A DNA stretch of 64,000 nucleotides from a virus. Lineage: Duplodnaviria; Caudoviricetes. Every line of letters begins with the position of its first letter. The stretch's first letter is position 1. The position numbers and the translations under genes are program-made. The notes beneath the pieces were generated by a model that was given only the letters and a program-made list of their open reading frames with translations, was not told the origin of the DNA and made no database searches. Location of the stretch: positions 1 through 64,000 of IMG/VR virus record IMGVR_UViG_2895791493_000001. One strand, given 5' to 3'. Positions 47,601 through 56,406 of the stretch are shown here, piece by piece.

Positions 47601-50600
47601 CTGTTCGGCGTCACGTTCGGCCTCTTGGGCTGCCTGCTTGCGGCTCTGGTACGCGGCGCCTTCCACCTGCAGCACGCCCGCCTTGGCCTTGCTCTCGCCC
47701 TGCCAGGCCTTCACGGCGTTGTCGGCCGCCAGGATGCGGGCCGCGTTGCCGCTGGCCTGCGCGGCCTCCTGGTCCTTGAGGAGTCGCAGGGCCTGCGCGC
47801 CGTGCCGGTTCAGGTCGGCCTGCGTGACGATGTAGTCCTCGGAGGTTTTTTTTAGGGTGCTCTGCGCGGCGTTGACGGCCGTGAGGGCACGGGCGTTGGT
47901 GTCGGACTTCTCGCCCCAGTCCTTGGCTTTCTCCTTCGCGCTGTCGAGGGCCTTGATCAGGGCGACGTTCTTGGGGTCGGCGTTGAGGGCCTTCTGGGCC
48001 TTGTCGATGGCGGCATTCAGGGCCTGGGCCTGGGCGATCTGAGCGGCAGTCAGGCCAGCGTACGCGGCAGCGGGCGGCGGGACCCCGGCCGGGGCTTTCT
48101 CGGTACCCAGCACCTGCGGGACGCTGACGAACCCGGCGACGGTGCCGAGGCTGCTCATCTTCTCGGTGCTGACGACGCCGCGACCGTTCTGCACGCCCCA
48201 CTGGTTGTTGCCGCGCACCATGTCCACGCCGTTCTGTTTCCCGACGTAGATCCCGATGTGGTTGTCGTCGTAGATGACGACGTCGCCGGGTTTGAGTTTG
48301 CTCATGTCGCGGTTCAGGACGCCTGACGCGATGGCCTTGTTCTTGACGACGTCGGCGGACGCGCCGCCGAACAGCTTCTCGATTTCCTTGCTGGCGGCCG
48401 GGTCGGCCTTCTGCAAGGTGAGCTTCACCCAGCGGGCGCACCAGCCGGCCACGGTGTCCGCGACGTTGTTGCCGGTCTTACCGAGGAGGGCCTGTCCGAC
48501 AATGTCGCTCCGCAAGCCCTCCAGGGTGCCGGTGGCGATGGGCGTTCCTGTCGCAGGCGCGAGGGGTCCGGTAGGATTCTTGATGCCAGCCTGGAAGCGT
48601 GCGTCGTTCTCAAGAGCGAGCTTGAGCCACTCCGCGTAGTTCCGCTCGATGTCCTTTCGCTGGGCGAGGGCGCCGCCGGGCGTGTTCGGCGTTTCGATCA
48701 GCCCGCCGCGCTGAAGGGACTGCTGCAGCGCGGACACGTTCATCTGCTGGCCTATAGCCATGCCGCCCGCGATGGGCATGCCGAGCAGGCTCAGGATGTT
48801 CCCGGTGGCGTTGTCTCCGGGGGTGAACAGGACACTGAGTTTCACGGTCCCGGTCTCTTTCATCTGCTGGAGCTTCTCGAACAGGGTTCCGAGATCCTTG
48901 AGCAGCGGGGTCATGGTGTTCGTCAGGAAGCTGGCCAGGGGGTCCGCGAAGGTCTTCACGAACTCGCCGCCGGCTTCTGCGAACGCGTTCTTCACGCGAT
49001 TCATGGCGGGCGCGACGCCCTGCTGCATGGTTTCGCTGTACTCGATCAGGTACCCGTTGCTGTCCTGGACCTGCGCGCCGTACTTCTTCCAGTCGCCGGT
49101 CAGGTTGATCACGGCGGCCGCGGCGCGGTTGTCCATCAGACTGCTGACGGTGCGCAGGGCCTCGCCGTTTCCGGAGAGGGTGCCGGTGGTCTTGTCGACC
49201 ACGATGCCCATGCCGCGCATCTTCACGCCGAGGTCGATCATGATGTCACCGGCCGGGCGGGCCTTCCCAGCGGCGTCATCAATGTCAATTCCGAGGCCTT
49301 TCAGAACACCCTGGCCCTTGAGTGTGATGTCGGCCAGGGCGGAGAGCGCGGCGCGCAGGCCGTTGGCGCCCACGTCGGCGGCGGACATGCCCTTGTTGTC
49401 GAGTTCGACCAGCATGCCGAGCAGGTCGTACATCTCGATTTTCGCCTGGTAACCGGTGCCGCCGACGATGCCCAGGCCGATGCTGAGGTCGTTGGCCGTG
49501 CCGGCGGCGAGGTTGCCGGACTTCGCGAGCATATCGCCCACGCGGGCGGCCTCGCCGATGTCCTTGCTGTACTGGCGGATGTTCTTCAACAGCAGGCCGC
49601 TGGCGTCGTTCAGGCCGATCTGTTCTGCGGCGGCAAGGCGGCTGCTGCTGGCCATCAGTGTCAGCGCGGAGTCCGCGTCGACGCCCGCTTTGATGGTGTC
49701 AGCGAGGCTGTTGACCAGGTCCCCGCGACTGAACGATTCTCCGACGAGGCCGAGCTTCTCCTGGAGGCTCTTGACGCTGTCCTCAATGGCTCCAAGGTCC
49801 TTGACGCCGTTGGCCTGGAGGATGTTGAGGCCCTGCTGGAGTTTCTTGATCTCGCCCATGCCGGTGGCGCCCAGGGCGACGAGCGCACCGCCCGCCATGA
49901 GACCGGCCGCGCCGACCCCGGCCATGGCGAGCGCAGCGGGTCCGGCGGTCGCCTGGATGGACCGGAACATGGCGACCATGGCGGCGCCCTGGGCGACGAT
50001 CATCCCGAACTGCCCGCCCAGCGCACTGAAGCTGTTCACGACGCCGCCGCTGAGGCCAGCGTGGTTGATGTTGCCGTTGATGGTGTTCGCCTCGCGCGCC
50101 AGGCGCTGGAGTTCGCGGTTGACCTGCCCGAGCTGCTGCACGGTGAGCTCGCTACTGGAGCGGATGGCCTGGAGGCGCGCGATGATCGTGGCGGACGCGG
50201 CGCTGTACGTGGCCTGCGCGGCGTTGAACGCGGCGCTGTTGCGGTCGACGCCAGCGGTGGCCTGGTCGAACGCGGCGCGCATGGCTCCGGCGTCGGTCCG
50301 GATTCGCTGCAGGGTGTCGGTGTTGATGCTGCGCAGGCTGCGGGTGATGCGGGTGATCCCGGCGTCCGCCTGCGCGAACTCGCGCGTGCCGACGCCAGCG
50401 GCGGCCGCTGCGGCCTGAAGGCGGGTCTGCACGGCGGTCAGCTCACGGGCGTAGTCGGCCGCGTTGATCTGGCCTCGCGTCCAGAGGTTGTTCAGGCGCT
50501 CCAGTTCCGCGAGGTCGGCGCGGGTGGCCGGGTTGAGCCCTCCGCTGCCGCCCGCTCCGCCACCGCCGGGCGGAGTAGGACCAGGACCGGGGCGTGGGCC

Positions 50601-51032
50601 GGCGCCGAGCGCGCGCAGCTGGCTGATCAGGGATTGCAGGGCGAGGATGTTGGTGTGGATGTCGCTGTTCAGGGCGCTGAGGGCCGTGGTGTTCACGGTG
50701 ACCACGTACTGGGTGTTCGTGCCGATGCTGCCCAGCAGGGCCCGCAGGGTGTTGACGTCGTTCTGCACCTGCGCCTGGTCCGCGACCTTGACCTTCAGGT
50801 TCACGGTGCGGCTGCTCAGGCGCCGGAGCTCCTGGTCAAGCGCGGCCGTGTCGAATCTCAGGCGGACGGTGGCGGTCTTGTCACGCAGGTTGCCCAGCAC
50901 GTCGCCGTTCCGTTTGATCTGGTCCTGCACGCGCAGGAGGTCGGTCAGGCTCCGCTGGAATCGCTCCAGGCCGGCCACGCCGGTGCTGCGGGCGGCGAGG
51001 GTGTACGTGACGGTGCGGGTCGCTGCGGTCAA
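44679..51032 (-). CDS. tail tape measure protein with internal CHAP/NlpC-P60 domain
   Basis: ~2100 aa, Ala-rich, TP901-like core; WCARWV...PGDVVIY..HIGIY...GNN; TTG start after GGAGG. Confidence 0.92.
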   Translation of the reverse strand: MTAATRTVTYTLAARSTGVAGLERFQRSLTDLLRVQDQIKRNGDVLGNLRDKTATVRLRFDTAALDQELRRLSSRTVNLKVKVADQAQVQNDVNTLRALLGSIGTNTQYVVTVNTTALSALNSDIHTNILALQSLISQLRALGAGPRPGPGPTPPGGGGAGGSGGLNPATRADLAELERLNNLWTRGQINAADYARELTAVQTRLQAAAAAAGVGTREFAQADAGITRITRSLRSINTDTLQRIRTDAGAMRAAFDQATAGVDRNSAAFNAAQATYSAASATIIARLQAIRSSSELTVQQLGQVNRELQRLAREANTINGNINHAGLSGGVVNSFSALGGQFGMIVAQGAAMVAMFRSIQATAGPAALAMAGVGAAGLMAGGALVALGATGMGEIKKLQQGLNILQANGVKDLGAIEDSVKSLQEKLGLVGESFSRGDLVNSLADTIKAGVDADSALTLMASSSRLAAAEQIGLNDASGLLLKNIRQYSKDIGEAARVGDMLAKSGNLAAGTANDLSIGLGIVGGTGYQAKIEMYDLLGMLVELDNKGMSAADVGANGLRAALSALADITLKGQGVLKGLGIDIDDAAGKARPAGDIMIDLGVKMRGMGIVVDKTTGTLSGNGEALRTVSSLMDNRAAAAVINLTGDWKKYGAQVQDSNGYLIEYSETMQQGVAPAMNRVKNAFAEAGGEFVKTFADPLASFLTNTMTPLLKDLGTLFEKLQQMKETGTVKLSVLFTPGDNATGNILSLLGMPIAGGMAIGQQMNVSALQQSLQRGGLIETPNTPGGALAQRKDIERNYAEWLKLALENDARFQAGIKNPTGPLAPATGTPIATGTLEGLRSDIVGQALLGKTGNNVADTVAGWCARWVKLTLQKADPAASKEIEKLFGGASADVVKNKAIASGVLNRDMSKLKPGDVVIYDDNHIGIYVGKQNGVDMVRGNNQWGVQNGRGVVSTEKMSSLGTVAGFVSVPQVLGTEKAPAGVPPPAAAYAGLTAAQIAQAQALNAAIDKAQKALNADPKNVALIKALDSAKEKAKDWGEKSDTNARALTAVNAAQSTLKKTSEDYIVTQADLNRHGAQALRLLKDQEAAQASGNAARILAADNAVKAWQGESKAKAGVLQVEGAAYQSRKQAAQEAERDAEQADRDAERAAAEAKRRAEEQAALRARIANELRQMSIQQAADALARTRELNQQELAVFKGTSAQRLALIERQARDEEAARIRVAAATRDKALADARNGEAQLRPGREAAANRAYDQAVLEAGGARTQTTTQAREKEAQAVRDLRGQYSQLADSIRQQAEAGTFDAEARQKAVKEFNALGRAAKVAGLDTDQYITGARKSVWGLVGAAEEATFRMGMLTNGGAIVDPNTGELLYKTEEEVRGIGVAAEDAADSYYDLGAAIDVVGQFSRSELADLIQQSGLAADEAERLQAAWDAIYDSIDTGPQLPDNLQGRGVPDVASLDPDDPATGNLTDAEAQSLRDRMDALNLAEVQAILDELDPSGTGETPLVKLMREYLNDQANAITDGLLASGAMSQRQGIDADGNATTTEAFPTDAEVRGIGVPAEDAAESYFDLENAIQNVLTLPWDELNALLTASGLEPDQIQAITAGWREFHQAGQEIAAMDEARTPAVETLTALMDGFAAGEMGMDGFRAGLAAVRAELQVLADAGDETAKRLLSLVDDTVKGTRDLEDAVADGAAQGLEQRRAQRLISERQYINERERLTVEGAQRTFEREIEGLVEGTPAYRAAQQRLENARTQAAADGVASREQLQQQELQSLNGYINKAGAILGKFTEGDDGNVIGYLVKNAQLGVEAFGQFLAGDFVGMAMTTVEWLMNIGDAFENLSPDMKAWKKDLAEVAKLQREAAGQAKYNGWLENPYYKDLQADANARDQMANSKWYQRAWWGITGGGPKMLDEATAKFKIKAATIFDQLGSELGNTFESSLLEGFDMGDFSKVSEKIERGLNQFAARLVIQGILAQSKVAALSKAYAEARARGESGDSEMADLRAEIKAVTGTAQDALSGLEGYGAGAEDGGTAANAASSPVTGATFIVANSSKIDLFDATVTRIDAMYMRHEVILTRHGEVLTRHIDALERLMRDGIPLIDSSGNYRGAFR

Positions 51033-51061
51033 GTGGAGGCCACCTCCTCGGTGGTGCATGG

Positions 51062-51084
51062 AAAAGCCGCCCGTGGGGGGCGGC
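51062..51084 (-). terminator. terminator-like hairpin upstream of the tape measure gene
   Basis: GCCGCCC...GGGCGGC followed by TTTT on the - strand. Confidence 0.5.
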
Positions 51085-51103
51085 GTCCGTGTTAGAAGGG
51101 GGC

Positions 51104-51463
51104 GTGGAAACGACGTTCTATGAGGGTCCGGGGGTGACGGTCACGCAAACGCGGTTCGTGTCGGGCCGGGAGACGTACGCGATTGCGGGGATCACGTCCG
51201 TGTCGGTGGCGCGTGAGCCGACGCTATGGACGGGTCCGGCGCTGCTGATCATCGCGGGGCTGGCCGCGTGGGCGTCGAGTTCGTGGATGATCGGCGTGCC
51301 GGCCGTGATGGTCGGGGTGCTGTGGGGCCTGTTGCAGCCGCGTGACTGGGTGGTCAGCATCCGGACTGCGTCGGGTGAGGTGAAGGCCCTGACGGATCGG
51401 AGTGAGAAGCGCGTGCAGGCCGTGGTGGACGCTATCAGCCGGGCGATTGTCGCGCGGGGGTAG
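51104..51463 (+). CDS. DUF6232-like membrane protein (antisense moron in the tail operon)
   Basis: ETTFY..GVTVTQTRF...TYA...ITSV followed by 2 TM segments. Confidence 0.75.
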   Translation: METTFYEGPGVTVTQTRFVSGRETYAIAGITSVSVAREPTLWTGPALLIIAGLAAWASSSWMIGVPAVMVGVLWGLLQPRDWVVSIRTASGEVKALTDRSEKRVQAVVDAISRAIVARG

Positions 51464-51465
51464 CG

Positions 51466-51642
51466 TCAGCTTTTGGGTTTGTTGCTGAGGTCCCAGGCTT
51501 CGCGGTAGGCGCTGCGGCCCTGCGCGAACGTCCACACGGCTGCCTGCCACGCGAGTTCATCGACGTAGCAGTGCGCGACCTGCAGGGCGGGGCTGCCGTA
51601 CCCGCCGCCCATGCCGCCGCTGCTCATGGCGTGGAGGGTCAT
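51466..51642 (-). CDS. tail assembly chaperone extension (T-like ORF, 58 aa)
   Basis: In the -1 frame of the chaperone; ATGA overlap. Confidence 0.5.
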   Translation of the reverse strand: MTLHAMSSGGMGGGYGSPALQVAHCYVDELAWQAAVWTFAQGRSAYREAWDLSNKPKS

Positions 51643-52142
51643 GGCGGCACGGAGTTCCCGCTGGGTGAGTCCGGCGATTCAGGTACCTCCCGGCCCCACG
51701 TGACCAGTTCGCGGGCCAGGGCGGTCCGGTACGGTCCGAGGATGGTCCCGGCGTCCTCGAAGGTGGGGCTGAGCATGCCGAGGTCGAGGAGGGCTTCCTC
51801 GACGGCGATTTCCAGGGCGACGGTGTGGGCGCGCCATTCGCCGTCGTCGGGCAGGGTGTCGTCGAAGGGCGCGGGGTCGCCGGGTTTGTGACTGGCCGCT
51901 TCGGCGGCAGCCAGGGCTTTCTGCGCCTCGGCGTTGAACCAGTTCGCGTACGCGTAGTACCCGTCGCGGCCCAGCGCGGCGTACAGCAGGTTCGCGCGAA
52001 TGTCGCGGGCCGGCACGCGGGCCAGGAGGAACGCGAGGGCGCCGGGCGTGCCGGGCGGGACGCTGCGGGCGGTGTCGCCGTCGGCGAGCAGGTGGACGGT
52101 GCGGGTGTTCTGTGCCCGGAGGGCGGCGAGGGTTTCGTTCAT
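51639..52142 (-). CDS. tail assembly chaperone (G-like)
   Basis: Position between the major tail and tape measure genes. Confidence 0.7.
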   Translation of the reverse strand: MNETLAALRAQNTRTVHLLADGDTARSVPPGTPGALAFLLARVPARDIRANLLYAALGRDGYYAYANWFNAEAQKALAAAEAASHKPGDPAPFDDTLPDDGEWRAHTVALEIAVEEALLDLGMLSPTFEDAGTILGPYRTALARELVTWGREVPESPDSPSGNSVPP

Positions 52143-52217
52143 GGGCCTGCCTGTGTGTGGTCGGTGACGGCCCGCGATGGCGTCACCGGTGAGCAGGACG
52201 CGCGCCCCATGGTCGGC

Positions 52218-52565
52218 GGGCAGCGCGCGCCCTGTCGCGGGCGGAAGGTCAGGGTCTTATGGCTCCGCTGGGCAGTCCAGCCGCGCCCTCCTCGAGGAGG
52301 TTCATGCAGGAAGGCCTCGTTCCGGAGGGCGCATGAGGTCGGCCAGGACTCGCCGGAGGCCCGCTTCCGGGTGCGGGTCGCCCAGCTGGTGCAGGGCGTC
52401 CAGCAGCAGGTCGGCCGAGATGCAGGCAGCGTGGGCGTCGGCGGCGCGGCGCTCCAGTTCGGCAGCGATGACATGGGGTGAAATCATGACTCTCCTGTTG
52501 GGTGGTAACCCCGCGCACGAAAAGGGGCAGCGCGCGCCCTGTCGCGGGCGGGGGGGGTCAGGGTC
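52218..52565. repeat. 27-bp identical direct repeat (52218-52244 / 52525-52551), each followed by GGTCAGGGTC
   Basis: GGGCAGCGCGCGCCCTGTCGCGGGCGG occurs twice. Confidence 0.85.
52302..52487 (-). CDS. small hypothetical protein inside the duplicated segment
   Basis: SD AGGAG; 61 aa. Confidence 0.45.
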   Translation of the reverse strand: MISPHVIAAELERRAADAHAACISADLLLDALHQLGDPHPEAGLRRVLADLMRPPERGLPA

Positions 52566-53535
52566 AGGTGTCTTTGGTCTTGATGCTGAACGGGCTGACG
52601 CCGGGCGTCTGGTTGCGGGCGCGGAGCGTGGCGGTCGTGCGGACCCGGCCGGGGCTGACGGGCACTTCGCGGGCGCTGACCTGCACCTGGGCGGTGATCT
52701 CGATCAGTTTGGTGGTGCCGACGGCGAGTTTCCAGACGAGGGTGGTGAAGGCCTTGCTCTTGCCGAGCGCGAGGATGGCTTCGACGGGCCGGGCGAAGCT
52801 CATGCCGAATTCCGCGCCGATGGGCTGCTCGCTGGGCGCGAAGCCGCTGACGAACTCGCCGTTGGCGGGCAGGGGTTCGACGGGGTTGTACAGGCGGGCG
52901 GTGCTGGTGCTGTCGGGGACGTAGGAGATGCCGCCGATGGTGACGGTGTGTTCCAGTCGGCCCAGGCCGCCGCTGTAGCCGGGGATGACGGGCACGATGG
53001 GCGCGAAGGGCGCGATGGGCGCACCTTCGGGGTGCCGGACGCCCTTGGCTGCGTGGAAGGAGTACTGGGCGGTGACGTACTCGGTGCGCTGCTCAGGGAC
53101 GGTCAGGAGCATCTCGTGCAGCTGGCCGTCGGTGATCTGCACGTGGCCGGCGCCGGGGACGTACCACTGACCGCTGAACGCGGTGAGCGGGAAGTACTCG
53201 GCCCACTGGGTGCTGTCGACGGGCGTGATGACGCCCTGCGCGTCCGGCGTGCCGAACATGGCCTTCATGGCCAGGATGACGTCGGCGGCGGTCGCTTCGG
53301 TGGTGACGCTGCGGCCCTGGTAGTCGCTGCCGGCGTACTCGGCGGGGTTCTCGAACGCGTTGCCCCGGAAAGCCTGGCTCATGCGTTCCAGGTCGTCGGG
53401 CAGGAAGCCGCTGCCGCCCGTTTCGCGCAGGAAGTGGGTGGGGGGGACGTACACGCCGGGTTCGGTCTGGAGGGCCATGCCGAAGTGGCCGCGGCGGCCC
53501 TGGTTGCGGATGGCGGTGTTGGCGGTGAAGGTCAT
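52564..53535 (-). CDS. major tail tube protein
   Basis: Position; G.A.Q..PG....PTHFL N-terminal pattern; followed by a terminator. Confidence 0.75.
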   Translation of the reverse strand: MTFTANTAIRNQGRRGHFGMALQTEPGVYVPPTHFLRETGGSGFLPDDLERMSQAFRGNAFENPAEYAGSDYQGRSVTTEATAADVILAMKAMFGTPDAQGVITPVDSTQWAEYFPLTAFSGQWYVPGAGHVQITDGQLHEMLLTVPEQRTEYVTAQYSFHAAKGVRHPEGAPIAPFAPIVPVIPGYSGGLGRLEHTVTIGGISYVPDSTSTARLYNPVEPLPANGEFVSGFAPSEQPIGAEFGMSFARPVEAILALGKSKAFTTLVWKLAVGTTKLIEITAQVQVSAREVPVSPGRVRTTATLRARNQTPGVSPFSIKTKDT

Positions 53536-53798
53536 GCGGTCTCCTCGGCGGGCGCGGTGGCCTCGTCTTCAACGGGCGCAGTGGCTTTGGCGGTCGTCCG
53601 TTCGAAGTGCCCGGTTTTCAGGATGGCCTGGGCGTGGGCGGCGCTGTCGGGCGCAATGACGATGCCAGGGGCCACCTGCACGGGCGGGTAGCCTTTCAGG
53701 GGGACGACGCCGGTGGTCTGACTGGTGTAAGCGAGGTTCTCGCCGCGCGGCTCCGGGGTTTTCTGGGCGGCTGCCGGTTCGGGCTTGGTCTTGGTCAT
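53532..53798 (-). CDS. hypothetical virion morphogenesis protein
   Basis: Coupled at both ends. Confidence 0.65.
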   Translation of the reverse strand: MTKTKPEPAAAQKTPEPRGENLAYTSQTTGVVPLKGYPPVQVAPGIVIAPDSAAHAQAILKTGHFERTTAKATAPVEDEATAPAEETA

Positions 53799-54250
53799 GG
53801 GGTCTCCGTGATGGTCAGGTCGACCTCGAGGGTGAAGTCGAACGCGAGGGTCAGGACGGGCGGGAGGCCCGCTTCGACCGGGACGGGGTTCAGGAACCAG
53901 TTGCTGGGCGCGCCGCCCAGACCCCGGAATGCGGGGTTGCCCTGCACGTCGGGGAGGCGGTCGAAGCTGGTCAGCGCGCGGAACACGGCCGCCTCGTCCT
54001 TGAACGTTTTGCTCTGGTCGGTTTCGGCGGCGTAGTGCACGGCGATGTAGCCCTGGTACGCGCGGGGCACGAGCAGGCCGCCGCTGCCCCAGCCGCCGCC
54101 GGGGCTGTCCTGGCCGGCCGTGATCACGAACTCGGACGTCCCGCCCCTGAGTTCCTTGCTGGCGAGCGGGCGGGGCGTCAGGCCGGGCAGGTTCGCCTGG
54201 GTCCTGACGTGCTGGTACAGCAGGCGGAACAGTGGGGCGGGGTCGATCAC
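53795..54250 (-). CDS. tail terminator-like protein
   Basis: Position; GTGA coupling. Confidence 0.6.
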   Translation of the reverse strand: MIDPAPLFRLLYQHVRTQANLPGLTPRPLASKELRGGTSEFVITAGQDSPGGGWGSGGLLVPRAYQGYIAVHYAAETDQSKTFKDEAAVFRALTSFDRLPDVQGNPAFRGLGGAPSNWFLNPVPVEAGLPPVLTLAFDFTLEVDLTITETP

Positions 54251-54723
54251 GGGGTCTCCAGTGCGAAGTTCACGAACGCGGGGATCAGGTTGGTGGCCTG
54301 CAGGGCGGCGTCGCGGACCATGTGACGGGGCCGCAGTCGCACCTGTCGGACCCGCACCCAGTTCCCGGTGGCCTCCGCGCCGTCCCAGGGGTTCCGGAGT
54401 CGGAAGGTCAGCCACTTGCCACGCCGGGGCCGGATGGCTCCGCCGGGCAGTCCGGCTGTACCTTCCTCGAGGAGGTTCATGCCGGGGCCGGTGGCGCTGA
54501 TGCTGCTGCCGGCGCTGGTGTGGGTGGCGGTGACGCTCTGGCGGGCCGCGCCGGTGCGGGCGGTGAGGTAGCGGGTCATGGGGCCGCCGCCGACGTACTC
54601 GCGCAGTCGCTCGGCGGCCGCGTCGGCCCAGCGGGCGTTGACCTCGGCCGTGACGCGGTCGGGCAGTTGCTGTTCCACGTCACGGATCAGGGCGCGCAGG
54701 TCCCCCTGGATGTTCAGGGTCAC
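54247..54723 (-). CDS. tail completion protein (HK97 gp10-like)
   Basis: RTG..R.S, LEEGT, PRHM pattern. Confidence 0.7.
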   Translation of the reverse strand: MTLNIQGDLRALIRDVEQQLPDRVTAEVNARWADAAAERLREYVGGGPMTRYLTARTGAARQSVTATHTSAGSSISATGPGMNLLEEGTAGLPGGAIRPRRGKWLTFRLRNPWDGAEATGNWVRVRQVRLRPRHMVRDAALQATNLIPAFVNFALETP

Positions 54724-55421
54724 TGGTTCCACCACGGGTCGATGGCGGGGGGCGTGACGGGCACGCCGGGGTCGGGGGTGGGGTCGTTGCCGGGCGTGGG
54801 GGCGCGCGCGCCGGTGCGTCCGCGCCAGCTGAGGCCGAGGGTGTCGCCGAGCGTGTCCCGCTGGATGGGCGGCACGACCTCGTACTCGTCGCCGTCCGTG
54901 GTGCTGATGACGGTGCCGGGGTCGAGGGTCACGCCGGGCGGCAGGTGCGCGCGGTGGCTGTCGTCCACGCTGGCGGCCAGGTCGTTGCCGGACTGCGCGC
55001 CGCCGGGGAGCGTGGCGGTCGCCTGGACGCGCAGGCGGACGCTCTGGCCTGCGGCGGTCGCCTGAACCGGGTAGGCGCGGGCGTCCACGAGTCGGCAGAC
55101 GCCGACGCTCCGGCCGGTGTACTGGCTTTCGTCGCTCCATACGCCAAACACCAGCTGCCCGCCCTGATGGGGGACGCTGGTGCCGGGAGTGGGTTCGCTC
55201 TGCCCTGGCGCGAGACGAAGAAGGCGCAGACTGGCGGGCATCGGGTCCGTCTGGAGTTTCAGGAGACCGCGTCCGCCGTTGCCCCGGTTCGGGTCCCTCA
55301 CGCCGAACTGCCGGGTGATCCCGTCCGACCAGACGGCGCGCAGCGGGTAGCGCAGGGCGTTCAGGTCCGCATCCGAGTCCACGGACGCCACGGCGGCCTG
55401 CACGTCGTCCAGGAGGCTCAT
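54720..55421 (-). CDS. head-tail joining/stopper protein
   Basis: Position. Confidence 0.6.
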   Translation of the reverse strand: MSLLDDVQAAVASVDSDADLNALRYPLRAVWSDGITRQFGVRDPNRGNGGRGLLKLQTDPMPASLRLLRLAPGQSEPTPGTSVPHQGGQLVFGVWSDESQYTGRSVGVCRLVDARAYPVQATAAGQSVRLRVQATATLPGGAQSGNDLAASVDDSHRAHLPPGVTLDPGTVISTTDGDEYEVVPPIQRDTLGDTLGLSWRGRTGARAPTPGNDPTPDPGVPVTPPAIDPWWNQ

Positions 55422-55858
55422 CGCGCCGCTCCGGGGAACAGCGGCCGGCGCGGAGCGGACGGGAAGGCCAGCAGCAGGAATTTCTCAGCGAGTCCCGCCC
55501 AGTGCGTGGAGGTGAGGGTGAGCGTTTCGTCTTTCGACGCGGCCGCGCGGTACTTCACTTCCAGCTCGTCCGGGATCTTGATGGACTCGATGACTTTCGC
55601 GGGTCCGCTCGTCGCCACATGATGCAGGGTGATCCCGCTGTCCGTTCCGGCCCGGAGTTCCAGGGCCTTGGCGGCGATGGCGGTACGTGCCGCCAGTCGC
55701 TGGGGCGTGTCGAGGGCCGTGTCGCTGACGTTGCGTTCCGCGAGGCGCTGTGCGACCCATAGGGCGGCGAGGGTGAGGTGTCCTTCGGTCACGTCCGTCA
55801 CGTCCGCTGGCGCGTCGGGGATGAGCTGGGGCACCTCGGCGGGCGTGACGGTGATCAC
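55418..55858 (-). CDS. head-tail adaptor protein
   Basis: Position; IESIKIP...VKY pattern. Confidence 0.65.
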   Translation of the reverse strand: MITVTPAEVPQLIPDAPADVTDVTEGHLTLAALWVAQRLAERNVSDTALDTPQRLAARTAIAAKALELRAGTDSGITLHHVATSGPAKVIESIKIPDELEVKYRAAASKDETLTLTSTHWAGLAEKFLLLAFPSAPRRPLFPGAAR

Positions 55859-55861
55859 GGG

Positions 55862-56356
55862 TCAGTCCTGCGCTTCGACGAGGGTGCCGTCGCGCAGGCC
55901 GCGCGCGAGGGCGGGCGTCCAGTGGGCGGTGACGGGGTCCGCGCCGATCACGCGGCTGCCCTGCGCCTGGTCGGGGTCGGTGAACGTGCCGCCGTACGCG
56001 GCGATGGTGTCGTTCACGCGGACCGTGAAGGTCGGCGCGTCCGGTGCGGGCTCGGCGCTGCCTGTGCTGGCGCTGCCGCCCTGCAGTTCGGCCAGGGCAG
56101 CGCGCGCGGCGTCCGCGTCCGGTTCGTCCAGCAGCGCCTGGAGTTGCTCGCTGGTCAGGGTGGCGTCCGTGAGTTCGACATCCAGCGCGTCCTGCACCTG
56201 CGTGGTGAGGATTTCGCGCTTGACGCCTTCGGGGTCCGTTTCGACGCGGTCCGCCCAGCCCTGCAGGACGTCCGCTTTCGGGTTGGTGGCCTCGGTGTTG
56301 ATGGTGACGCCGAGTTTCTCGCCGAGCAGTCCGGCGTTCTCTTTCCTGGTGGCCAT
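55862..56356 (-). CDS. hypothetical protein after the capsid gene
   Basis: SD AGGAG. Confidence 0.7.
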   Translation of the reverse strand: MATRKENAGLLGEKLGVTINTEATNPKADVLQGWADRVETDPEGVKREILTTQVQDALDVELTDATLTSEQLQALLDEPDADAARAALAELQGGSASTGSAEPAPDAPTFTVRVNDTIAAYGGTFTDPDQAQGSRVIGADPVTAHWTPALARGLRDGTLVEAQD

Positions 56357-56406
56357 GGGTGATCTCCTGCGCCGGGCCTGCTGGGGTCAGCGGCCCGGCG
56401 TGACGC

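Noticed and set aside
52242-54482. Repeat pair as a diversity-generating retroelement TR/VR
   Set aside because: Differences are not adenine-specific and are mostly synonymous; no reverse transcriptase in the window
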